From the IMG/VR virus record IMGVR_UViG_3300017912_000240, positions 1-56,368 of that record: a DNA stretch of 56,368 bases; one strand, written 5' to 3'. A model generated the notes under the pieces. The model was not told the DNA's origin. It made no database searches and saw only the letters and a program-made list of their open reading frames with translations. Origin of the DNA: a virus. Its lineage: Duplodnaviria > Caudoviricetes. Shown here piece after piece: positions 45,753-53,810 of the stretch; the first letter of the stretch is position 1, and each line of letters begins with the position of its first letter. The position numbers were made by a program, and so were the translations under genes.

Positions 45753-47653
45753 GCCGCCGTTAGGTCAACGACCTCACAGGAATCACCAGAACAAGCCAGT
45801 GTTTGCATTCCTGCTGTGTTGTCCTCCTTCTCATACTCAGACAGTTTAGTCCAGTCAATTGACTTAGGAGTTTGTTTGAGAGCCTTTTTGTAGGTTGTCT
45901 CGTCACAGTCTTGATATGGAGCCTGTGCATAGGTGTGGTCACTGTGGGGCAGGAAGGATACGCCAGAGCAGATATCAAAGTTATCGTATACCCATGCACC
46001 AACCTTGAGCCACTCGCTATCACGAACCGTAATGGTTACAGATGGTTTGTGTTCACACCAGTCCAAGGCGTAGGTCTTCCATAACTCAAGCTGCTCAATC
46101 GCAGACATGTCGTTGCGGGTCACTGCACCATCAGGGGAAGCTACAGGGAAGCTGAACACCGTAGTGCTGTCTGGCTTCATAACACAAGGCTCTGCAGGGA
46201 TTCCTGAGTCTTTCATAAACTGTGTCAGCGGGTCTTTGTTATCACCCCGTACAGTCCTAATATAGTACGCACTATGACGAGCGTGAATGCCAGAGGCACT
46301 ATCAACAAGCTGCGATACAGTACCCGAAGGCTTGACACATGTGATGGCCGCAGATGCACTAATTCCAAGTTGCTGTGCAAAATCGTTGTTTGTCTGTATA
46401 GCTGTGTCACGCAACTTCGTAAGAAATTTTCCAGATGGTTTGTTCGTAATTTCATTATCCATAATACCTGTTAGGCTTACACCCAACAGCCTTTCCTCTT
46501 CCGTATTCTTTCTCCACACAGGACGCAGATATGGCATGTGTGTGTACATAGATTGAATTGTTCCTAGTATGGTAGCCAGTTTAACTTTCTCTGTGAGCGT
46601 CTTCTCTGTGTCCGTAGGACGTACCACAACCTCTGTCAGATTACAGAACTGATAAGGCCGTAGAATAATTTCACTACATGGATTTGTACCCCATGCCATT
46701 CCTGTCTTGCGGCGACCATTACGCTCTACATGTTTGTCTGCCGCATCACGACTGAAGATACCACGCTCACCAGACTTGGACTCAACTAGTGCAAGCCACT
46801 CACGCATGAAGGTTTCCATAGCAGGCTTCTCAGTATAGGCAACAGAGTTATTAGCCAACGCACGTTGACCCTCGTTCTCCCACCACTGTCCCGACTTGGC
46901 ATGACGCATGCGGTCATCGGATAGATTGGACAGGCTAATCATTGCACTGCGGCGTACACCACCGACAACCACAACCTCACTAATCTTACACATGATGTCG
47001 TGGCATTCAATACTATTTAGCTGGCGGCCTGCGGCTTCCTTAAACTTTGAAACAACAAAATTAAATAAGTCATTAAGAGGCTCTGGACCAGAGGCACGCC
47101 CACCAAATGTCTTGAGGCGTGCGCCTGCAGGTCTAATCTTTGACAAGTCCCACTTAGGGATGTCGCCAACGTATAGCAAACTAATAAGCTTGCGTAGTCC
47201 TTTTGCCCACCCCTCTTTACTGTCAGCAACAACGATTGTGTCACCATTCTCTGTCAGTTCGTTAGGAATGGTGGGTAGTTTTTGTATTGCCTGACGCTCA
47301 ACACTAAACCCAACGCCTGTGCCGCACAGAAGGATAAACATAGCCTCGTCAAAGGCACGGGGGTGGTCTACAGGTAGGTAGCTACAGTTGTACACACATG
47401 TGTTGTCACGGTCAGCCGCCTGTCCTGCGGTCATCAAGGCACGCATAGAAGGCATAACCTGAAGCGTCAGGATTGCTTCTTCTATCTTGGTATACATCTT
47501 ATTGTCATCAAGGTGTGGGCGCACAATGTTTTCCATAAACCTGTTTACTGTTTCAGGCCATGTCTCTCTGCGGCCTTCGTCTTCAAGCCATCGTGCGTAC
47601 CTTGATGTCGCAATAAATGTTTGGTAGTCGGTGGGTAGAGTATTACTAATCAT
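45749..47653 (-). CDS. nrdJ: Class II (adenosylcobalamin-dependent) ribonucleotide reductase
   Basis: PSMRALMTAG, YNC, GGVRRSA, TNPCSE, FCNL, VKPSGT and C-terminal CxxxxC; no beta-subunit gene. Confidence 0.9.
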   Translation of the reverse strand: MISNTLPTDYQTFIATSRYARWLEDEGRRETWPETVNRFMENIVRPHLDDNKMYTKIEEAILTLQVMPSMRALMTAGQAADRDNTCVYNCSYLPVDHPRAFDEAMFILLCGTGVGFSVERQAIQKLPTIPNELTENGDTIVVADSKEGWAKGLRKLISLLYVGDIPKWDLSKIRPAGARLKTFGGRASGPEPLNDLFNFVVSKFKEAAGRQLNSIECHDIMCKISEVVVVGGVRRSAMISLSNLSDDRMRHAKSGQWWENEGQRALANNSVAYTEKPAMETFMREWLALVESKSGERGIFSRDAADKHVERNGRRKTGMAWGTNPCSEIILRPYQFCNLTEVVVRPTDTEKTLTEKVKLATILGTIQSMYTHMPYLRPVWRKNTEEERLLGVSLTGIMDNEITNKPSGKFLTKLRDTAIQTNNDFAQQLGISASAAITCVKPSGTVSQLVDSASGIHARHSAYYIRTVRGDNKDPLTQFMKDSGIPAEPCVMKPDSTTVFSFPVASPDGAVTRNDMSAIEQLELWKTYALDWCEHKPSVTITVRDSEWLKVGAWVYDNFDICSGVSFLPHSDHTYAQAPYQDCDETTYKKALKQTPKSIDWTKLSEYEKEDNTAGMQTLACSGDSCEVVDLTAA

Positions 47654-48347
47654 TCTCTGTCTTTCCTCTCTTGCTGTGTTTTTGTACTTCATCATAAGCC
47701 TGTTCTAAATTAAATGTTTCAGGCTTCTTAAAACTATATCCTGTCAATGCTTCCCAACTGTGTGGAAACTTGAAGGAACATTCGTCGCTAATCATCTTGG
47801 CAATATGCTTTGTTTCTTTCTGTGCTGTATCTTCTACACGCTGATTAACAACACGAGAGAAGGCATAGAGAGAACCAGACCAGTACCATTCTGTGTACAT
47901 GTTCTGGGGCAGAACCATACGTGCCATCTCTGGTGCAATACCAAGACTCAACATACGGTCATATTCTGCAATAGCTGACCGTGTGTAAGAACCGATATAG
48001 TAGTCGATAGTTTCGTCAGAGCTTCCCTGCTTTACATTGTCTGCTTTTGTACGCCATTCAGTAGGTGTATAGAAGCGTGGCATGTCGTCTACATATCTAC
48101 GACTAACCTCATTCCAAGCCAGTCCAACCTGATGTTTTACAAGTTGTCTAGCAACAAAGATGGGAGCCTCAATCCTGAACTGGATAAAGCAATGTGAAAA
48201 CGGCGACCAGTGTTTGTGTTTCGCCAGATAGTTAATAAGTTTAATATCCTTATCGTCTATGGTTTCGGATTCCTTGTTAAAGGAAACTCTTGCGGCATTG
48301 ACAACCGTTAGGTCGCTGCCCATGTGGTCTATATATGTTACGTTCAT
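47646..48347 (-). CDS. thyX: Flavin-dependent thymidylate synthase
   Basis: VVNAARVS, HWSPF, ARQLVKH, NEVSRRY and PEMARMVLP motifs. Confidence 0.92.
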   Translation of the reverse strand: MNVTYIDHMGSDLTVVNAARVSFNKESETIDDKDIKLINYLAKHKHWSPFSHCFIQFRIEAPIFVARQLVKHQVGLAWNEVSRRYVDDMPRFYTPTEWRTKADNVKQGSSDETIDYYIGSYTRSAIAEYDRMLSLGIAPEMARMVLPQNMYTEWYWSGSLYAFSRVVNQRVEDTAQKETKHIAKMISDECSFKFPHSWEALTGYSFKKPETFNLEQAYDEVQKHSKRGKTEND

Positions 48348-48368
48348 TTCAAAAGTCCAAGAGTTTGG

Positions 48369-48397
48369 ATTATACTACAGGTTCTCTACAGATGCAA
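48369..48397 (-). promoter_or_regulatory. Promoter TTGCAT-N17-TATAAT upstream of thyX
   Basis: Consensus -10 and 17-bp spacer. Confidence 0.55.
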
Positions 48398-48650
48398 TAA
48401 GTTTATTGAGATACCACTGACATTTTTTTAGGTCTTCCACAGGCTTGCCCTTGTACTTGTATCGCCACAAGTATTTCATGCAGTTGCCCTTCAAATATCC
48501 TGTAAATTCTTCGGCTGTCATGCTGGCCTCAATAGCGTCAATGGCTTCAATTCCCTTGAAGTTGTAGTGCGTTGGGCTGTTTACGACATCTGGCTGTTCA
48601 AAATGCTTGAACCTAGTGTCCAAGGACTGCATTAATTCTTTTTCTGACAT
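48375..48650 (-). CDS. DUF3310 (T7 gp1.7-like) protein
   Basis: VNSPTHY...IEAIDAI...GNxxKYLWR...EDLKK..WY. Confidence 0.8.
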   Translation of the reverse strand: MSEKELMQSLDTRFKHFEQPDVVNSPTHYNFKGIEAIDAIEASMTAEEFTGYLKGNCMKYLWRYKYKGKPVEDLKKCQWYLNKLIASVENL

Positions 48651-48957
48651 ATTCTACTTCTCCTGATTTTAATACCTTGTATGCAAATTCTCTCATGTAA
48701 TCTGGGTCTACACCTGCATGGCTACATACCTCTTCAAAGTCTCTGGCTGTTACGCCTACAGATGCGAAGAACCATGCGGTTGCTCTGTCTCTTTCCACTC
48801 GTACCTCTGCTGGCTCTCCTTCATATGGTTTCTTTGTTGCATCTAGGAGTGCCTGTAATAGTACACATAAAAATAATGTTCGTTCTGGTGAGGACTCACC
48901 TGGTCGGAACTCATCCAGTATGATGGATATATTACTACTTTCCATCTTTACTGTCAA
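48613..48957 (-). CDS. Conserved hypothetical protein
   Basis: PERxLFxxVLxQALxD...WF...DFxxVCxxAGxDP. Confidence 0.65.
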   Translation of the reverse strand: MTVKMESSNISIILDEFRPGESSPERTLFLCVLLQALLDATKKPYEGEPAEVRVERDRATAWFFASVGVTARDFEEVCSHAGVDPDYMREFAYKVLKSGEVEYVRKRINAVLGH

Positions 48958-49333
48958 GCCATTCTTTTGGAATGCCCTCTCCTAATTTACAAAACTTATA
49001 ACCATGCTTATTACACCAGTCTGCATAGGTCATCTTGCCGCCCTTGTACAGCTTACGGTACGGGTTATCAAAGACAAAGCGTATATCTAGGTCGGGATAT
49101 GTGGACTTTATGAAGAGGTGTTTCTTTCTATCCTCTATCATAAACCTACCCTTTACTTCTAGTATAACTTCGTTAGACAGTATAAAGTCTGGTGTATATG
49201 TTTTGTCTTCACGCCACTCATAAGACAACTTCATTGTCTCGTATTCAAATTCTATACCTGCTTTTTCGAGAAGCTGTGAGGCGGTTAACTCTGAGTTGGA
49301 CTTGTATTGATGTTTATATTTTTTCCTTTTCAT
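48935..49333 (-). CDS. Endonuclease I (T7 gp3-like Holliday junction resolvase)
   Basis: YTPDF, EVKGRF, DIRFVF and YADWC motifs. Confidence 0.9.
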   Translation of the reverse strand: MKRKKYKHQYKSNSELTASQLLEKAGIEFEYETMKLSYEWREDKTYTPDFILSNEVILEVKGRFMIEDRKKHLFIKSTYPDLDIRFVFDNPYRKLYKGGKMTYADWCNKHGYKFCKLGEGIPKEWLDSKDGK

Positions 49334-50189
49334 TGATAGAGAGTTCTTCCACGTTAGGGGTTTTAGATACTTGTGTCAGATACCGTACACCATTTGAATA
49401 CTTAAATGCACGGAGACCTCTCCCGTCATTTGCGTCCGACCAACATGTGTGTTTGTAGGGACAGAAGACACACCCGACTGCCAGCTTACGATTACCAGAA
49501 GTACCGTCTGCTGTATCGGAGTAGCACCGTGAGGGTGGTGTGTCTACTTCTGCTACCTGTTTTAGATGACGTACTCGTGAGGGAGCATCAATCATTTCTA
49601 AGTCGTCTACTTTGCAAAGCGTAAGCTCACCTGAGTTTTTGTCGATTGCAAAGAAGGCGGCATTCTTGCGATTGTTCTTTGTCGCATAGGCACTAATCTG
49701 TGCTATGTAACCAAAGGGGTCGTCATCGCTGAGTCTGTTCTCTTTAAATTTCTTGAAGGCAAAGGATGAGGCTGACTTAATATCTACAAGCGTATCGTCA
49801 ATAATACAGTCTTGATGGCCTACAATCCCTTCTACTTCTACCTCGTCCTGTTCACCCTCTACCGTGTGTCCTGACACCTCAGTGAGAGAGATTAGGAGAG
49901 CCTCTAGTAGATGACCCATAAGAAACTTAATACGGGTCTGTCCATCCAGAGGCTCCCCCTCTTTGCCACGAAGTCCATACCAGATTTGACGGTCTGGCTT
50001 GCCGATTTGAGAAAGACGTAGGCGGGTAGCACCTGTACGCTCTCCCTCTTGGAGTATCGTAGCTACGGCTGAACGTGCATCTCTGGCAAACTTGTCCAGT
50101 GATTCCTGCACACTCGCTCGATTTACATCGACACCCTTCTCAAGGGTCTCGTATATATCTTGTATTAGAGTGTCGATAGTTTTAGTCAT
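49314..50189 (-). CDS. PD-(D/E)XK (Cas4-like) exonuclease
   Basis: LRLSQIG, GHxD, VDIKS, YxxQxxxY and CxxCxxxxxC motifs. Confidence 0.8.
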   Translation of the reverse strand: MTKTIDTLIQDIYETLEKGVDVNRASVQESLDKFARDARSAVATILQEGERTGATRLRLSQIGKPDRQIWYGLRGKEGEPLDGQTRIKFLMGHLLEALLISLTEVSGHTVEGEQDEVEVEGIVGHQDCIIDDTLVDIKSASSFAFKKFKENRLSDDDPFGYIAQISAYATKNNRKNAAFFAIDKNSGELTLCKVDDLEMIDAPSRVRHLKQVAEVDTPPSRCYSDTADGTSGNRKLAVGCVFCPYKHTCWSDANDGRGLRAFKYSNGVRYLTQVSKTPNVEELSINEKEKI

Positions 50190-50204
50190 GTCTATCCTTT
50201 CGGT

Positions 50205-50281
50205 TGGCGAACACAGCAGGACTCGAACCTGCAACCTGCAGATTAGAAGTCTGCTGCTCTATCCAGTTGAGCTATGTGTCC
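50205..50281 (-). tRNA. tRNA-Arg (anticodon UCU)
   Basis: GGACACA/TGTGTTC acceptor stem, TAGCTCAACTGGATAGAGC D-arm, GCAGA-CTTCTAA-TCTGC anticodon arm, GGTTCGAGTCC T-arm, encoded CCA. Confidence 0.93.
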
Positions 50282-50486
50282 TAGATTTTCTTTTTATAGT
50301 TTTGCGAATGCGTTGTGCCTTGTGTGCAATGTACTCCTCTTCATCTGCAAAGAAGTTGTGCAGTGATTTGAGGACACGCAACTGAAGTGCTTTGAGATGT
50401 CTACCTCGTGGCATTGCCCAACCTATAATAAATCCTGCGAAACCAAAGCATAGTATGACAAGGTATTCGGGTAAGTTTGTTTCCAT
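50259..50486 (-). CDS. Small membrane-anchored protein; its stop codon lies inside the tRNA
   Basis: GGAG SD; N-terminal TM segment. Confidence 0.55.
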   Translation of the reverse strand: METNLPEYLVILCFGFAGFIIGWAMPRGRHLKALQLRVLKSLHNFFADEEEYIAHKAQRIRKTIKRKSRTHSSTG

Positions 50487-50580
50487 TTTAATCTCCATAA
50501 TGTGATAGCCGCCCCAGCCCTCGTAGCTATCGTCAGAAGCCAACTAAGAAGTGCTTCCCCCGTTTGTAGTTTAAGTTACC

Positions 50581-51036
50581 CTAGAAAGGAACCTCGTCAT
50601 CATGCATAGAGGTAGGCGACTGCCCGTCTACAAATCCATCTACGACTTCCAAGTCCTCACCATAGGATACAAGGTCAACGACTTGTACCTTTTTAAGGAT
50701 GGCAGAAGTGCCAGACTTGCCGTTCATCTCCCACTCGAATGGGCTGTATAGTACGTTCACTGTGCTACCATTACCAATCAGCTTTTCGGTAGCATTCTTT
50801 TGAGCATCCACAACTGCAGGTGCATCATTGGTTGTACCGTCACGGCGTTTAACACGCTGGCGAATGTGTACAAAGTCGCCACGCTCATCGCCTTTATTTT
50901 TGATATCCAAGTTATCAGCCTCAATAGCCGCACGATTGTTATCATCAACAGCAATGTCAATGCTCCACTCTGGTTCGTAAGTTGTGTTGGGTGCTTGAAC
51001 GTGCGCCCAGTACGCTTTACCTGTAATAACAGTCAT
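50581..51036 (-). CDS. ssb: Single-stranded DNA-binding protein (gp2.5-like)
   Basis: GKAYWA...IGNGS...VQVVDLV; acidic DDEVPF tail. Confidence 0.8.
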   Translation of the reverse strand: MTVITGKAYWAHVQAPNTTYEPEWSIDIAVDDNNRAAIEADNLDIKNKGDERGDFVHIRQRVKRRDGTTNDAPAVVDAQKNATEKLIGNGSTVNVLYSPFEWEMNGKSGTSAILKKVQVVDLVSYGEDLEVVDGFVDGQSPTSMHDDEVPF

Positions 51037-51088
51037 CTAATTTTATCTCCGTTTTGTTGTCATGTTATAGCAGTATTACTACAACCAT

Positions 51089-51117
51089 ATAGTGCCACAT
51101 CTAGAGTTAAATGTCAA
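51089..51117 (-). promoter_or_regulatory. Promoter TTGACA-N17-CACTAT upstream of ssb
   Basis: Perfect -35 and 17-bp spacer, intergenic. Confidence 0.6.
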
Positions 51118-51127
51118 CACTTTTTTT

Positions 51128-52774
51128 CTAGTGGGTTTCTGCCCACGTTTTCCCGACCTTGTATTCACTGTCGAGAGGGCAACGAACATGCAGAGAATCC
51201 TCTGTAAGTTTCATTGCTTTCTTTGTGACCTCGCCAAACTCTTCAGCGTGGTCTTTGCGAACCTCGAACTGGTACTCATCATGTATACTTGCGACAAGCT
51301 TATAGTCTAGGTTGCGCTTTGTTGCCTGCAGGATAATGTACTTAAGCCATTCCTTGCAGATGATTGCACCTGCACCCTGTAGTAGGGTGTTAAGTGCCGC
51401 ATGCTCTGAACGTATCTGTAGGATACGCCCATCAACACCAACCAGATATCCCCGTGTTGCTAGTTTAGAAACCTTGTTTCTCAACACCTTCAATGCTGGC
51501 ATGTTTGTCAAGAATGTATCTATCAACTTCTTGCCATCCTTGGATGAGCCGTTTACAATCTTGCCTATCTTTGCGGGTCCTGCGCCGTATAGGAATGCAT
51601 AGATAAATGTCTTTGCATTGTCCCGTGTAGGCAGACCAGCCGCACGCTGGTTAGCTGTGTGAACGTCACCATCAACAACTTCCTTAGTGAAGTCGGCATC
51701 GTTCATGTAGTGAGCTAGACATCTAAGTTCTAGACTAGAAGCATCACAGCCAAGAAGTACGTAGCCATCGCTACTGGTAGTCCATACATCTCTACACTCC
51801 TTTCCGTAGGGCGAATACACTGCAGGAATCTGCGCCATGTTGGGTGACGTATGTGCCATTCTTCCAGTGATAGTTCGCAGGGTTAACACTCTGCCGTGTA
51901 CTTTCCCCTCGTCATCTGCCGCCTCAACCCACGACTTGATTTGCGACACACGTTTCTCTAGTAGTAGGTATCGTGCAACAAGGCGTGCCTCTGGTATGTC
52001 TACCGTTTCTAATACCTCTTCAGACACAATGGCCTGACCCTTATCAGTATATGCATGTGGTTCCCAGCCCAAGGCTGACAGACGCTCTGCAATCTGCTTA
52101 CGTGATGCAGGATTAAACACAGTAACCTTGTCCTTCAGACGCTTGCCTGTTTTGTCTGAGTAGCGCACCTCTGTAATCGGTGGGAACTTCTTCTGCAGGT
52201 CAGCCTTGATGCCTTCGGCCTCGTCTGATAATCTTCCCATTAGAAGCATAGCCTCTTTTACATTAAGCTGAAAGCCATTTCTTTCCTGCTGGTCTATGAC
52301 TGCACGTATCTGATGTTCAAGTCTTATTGAGCGTGGACTAAATATTTTGAGATGTGGGACAAGCTCTTTGTAAACCTTGTCGGTTATCTCAACATCACGC
52401 ACACAATACTTAAGCATGTTTTCACTAAAGCATGTGAAGTCCTGATACTCTATCTTGGGATAACCTAGTGAATTACCCCATGCCTCAAGAGAGTGTCCAC
52501 CATCACGGATTGGGTTTACCATCTGCGACAGTATCAGTGTGTCCCGTATCTTGCTCAAGGGTATGTTTACATTTAGAATACGCTTGAGTACAGGGGCATC
52601 AAAAGACACGCCATTATGCATGATAATAATATCTGCGGCTTCGATGTGTGCAACACAGTCGGACAGGTTGGCAGGGGTGTAGGTATAAATCTTATCACCC
52701 TCTTTGATTACGACACAGTGTATGGTCGTTGCGTCAAGGCTGTCTGTTTCTATGTCAACTACTATTCGTTTCAC
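51128..52774 (-). CDS. polA: DNA polymerase, family A (T7-like) with 3'-5' exonuclease
   Basis: DIETD, HNGxxFD, motif A DASSLELR, motif B RxxAKTFIYAFLYG, motif C HDE; GTG start at 52774. Confidence 0.95.
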   Translation of the reverse strand: MKRIVVDIETDSLDATTIHCVVIKEGDKIYTYTPANLSDCVAHIEAADIIIMHNGVSFDAPVLKRILNVNIPLSKIRDTLILSQMVNPIRDGGHSLEAWGNSLGYPKIEYQDFTCFSENMLKYCVRDVEITDKVYKELVPHLKIFSPRSIRLEHQIRAVIDQQERNGFQLNVKEAMLLMGRLSDEAEGIKADLQKKFPPITEVRYSDKTGKRLKDKVTVFNPASRKQIAERLSALGWEPHAYTDKGQAIVSEEVLETVDIPEARLVARYLLLEKRVSQIKSWVEAADDEGKVHGRVLTLRTITGRMAHTSPNMAQIPAVYSPYGKECRDVWTTSSDGYVLLGCDASSLELRCLAHYMNDADFTKEVVDGDVHTANQRAAGLPTRDNAKTFIYAFLYGAGPAKIGKIVNGSSKDGKKLIDTFLTNMPALKVLRNKVSKLATRGYLVGVDGRILQIRSEHAALNTLLQGAGAIICKEWLKYIILQATKRNLDYKLVASIHDEYQFEVRKDHAEEFGEVTKKAMKLTEDSLHVRCPLDSEYKVGKTWAETH

Positions 52775-52926
52775 TTCCAATAATCTCTCTTCTCTCGTTT
52801 GTTTAGTTTTTTGTGACAAGAAAAGCAGTTGCTTCCTCGTCCAGTAGGAAAGCGGGTATCAGTTATAAACTTTCGTATATCCTTTTCTTTACCGCAGACC
52901 TTACAAACTTTTAGTAACCTAGTCAA
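52771..52926 (-). CDS. Small Zn-finger protein (51 aa); not in ORF track
   Basis: MTRLLKVCKVCGKEK...CFSCHKK; GTGA overlap with polA. Confidence 0.5.
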   Translation of the reverse strand: MTRLLKVCKVCGKEKDIRKFITDTRFPTGRGSNCFSCHKKLNKREKRDYWK

Positions 52927-53386
52927 ACTTAATCAACTCTGCTTTCTCGTATGGGATGTGAAAGAAGTGTTCGCCCTTCACAATGTTACGTCCTCGTGCC
53001 TCACGCACATCTGACTCTGCAACCACGTTGTCCTTGATACGCCACGCCGCTTTGCGGTCAGCACGTAGGATGTAGAAGTTGAAGAAGCCATCGGCATCAG
53101 CCACCTTGTTAATCAGCTTGTGTTTGCGATACGGTATGCGTATCTCTTTCCAGTCAGGGTTCCAGTCACCCTTCCAGCCGTACTTGATTTCAACCTCGCT
53201 GAAGTATATATTATCGCCTTTCTTTGACTTGATGTCAACAGAAAAATCTTCTTTGCTGTCAAGAATCTCGTGACCGTTACGCTTGAGGTAGGCAATCACA
53301 ATGTCTTTTGCTGGTGCGTCAGATGTCTCGTAACGCTGGCGGCTGAACGGAATGTTCACTGCGCCTTGTATTGGTTTAAGTTTCAT
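52919..53386 (-). CDS. Putative PD-(D/E)XK-fold nuclease
   Basis: VDI...EVEIK...IPYRK pattern. Confidence 0.45.
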   Translation of the reverse strand: MKLKPIQGAVNIPFSRQRYETSDAPAKDIVIAYLKRNGHEILDSKEDFSVDIKSKKGDNIYFSEVEIKYGWKGDWNPDWKEIRIPYRKHKLINKVADADGFFNFYILRADRKAAWRIKDNVVAESDVREARGRNIVKGEHFFHIPYEKAELIKFD

Positions 53387-53399
53387 GGTTTAATCTCCT

Positions 53400-53810
53400 T
53401 TAATCCCTATGTCCAAATTCTTCTACATCATCTCCCATAACAAGACGACATCCCGTAGGTGCAAGGTCACAGTTTGGGTATGAAAAACATCCTAGATGTG
53501 GGTCTTGGTCTGGGTCTACTATGCTTCCTATTTCATTGCAGTTAGGGCAGTGTTCTTCTGGAAAGATAGTAGGTAGAAGTTGTTTTTCTATTAAGTCCAA
53601 CGTAACTTCAGAGCTATACCTATGAAGTCTAAGACCCCATCCCCCTCCTAACTTCTTGTCTGTTTCTTCTATAAACATTAACGCTTCCTTTAAAATATCT
53701 CCTTGTTCCTGCGACAATTTTGGTTCATGTTCCACATCTTTAAGCACAAGGTCAATCTCTAAACCTACCCAACCACATTCTATACATTTTGCTCTTTGTT
53801 CAAAATCCAT
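53400..53810 (-). CDS. Cys-rich hypothetical protein
   Basis: CIECG, CPNC and HLGCFSYPNCD...GC. Confidence 0.6.
   Translation of the reverse strand: MDFEQRAKCIECGWVGLEIDLVLKDVEHEPKLSQEQGDILKEALMFIEETDKKLGGGWGLRLHRYSSEVTLDLIEKQLLPTIFPEEHCPNCNEIGSIVDPDQDPHLGCFSYPNCDLAPTGCRLVMGDDVEEFGHRD

Noticed and set aside
49314-50189. Cas4 as part of a CRISPR-Cas system
   Set aside because: It is a solo nuclease within the replication module, which is a common phage arrangement.
50205-50281. tRNA as an attP site indicating lysogeny
   Set aside because: No integrase or repressor was recognised, and the tRNA is full length with CCA.
50500-50575. Known riboswitch or ribozyme (ZTP, SAM-II/V, cobalamin, HDV-like)
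   Set aside because: The required conserved cores could not be matched by eye, so it is kept only as an unassigned structure.
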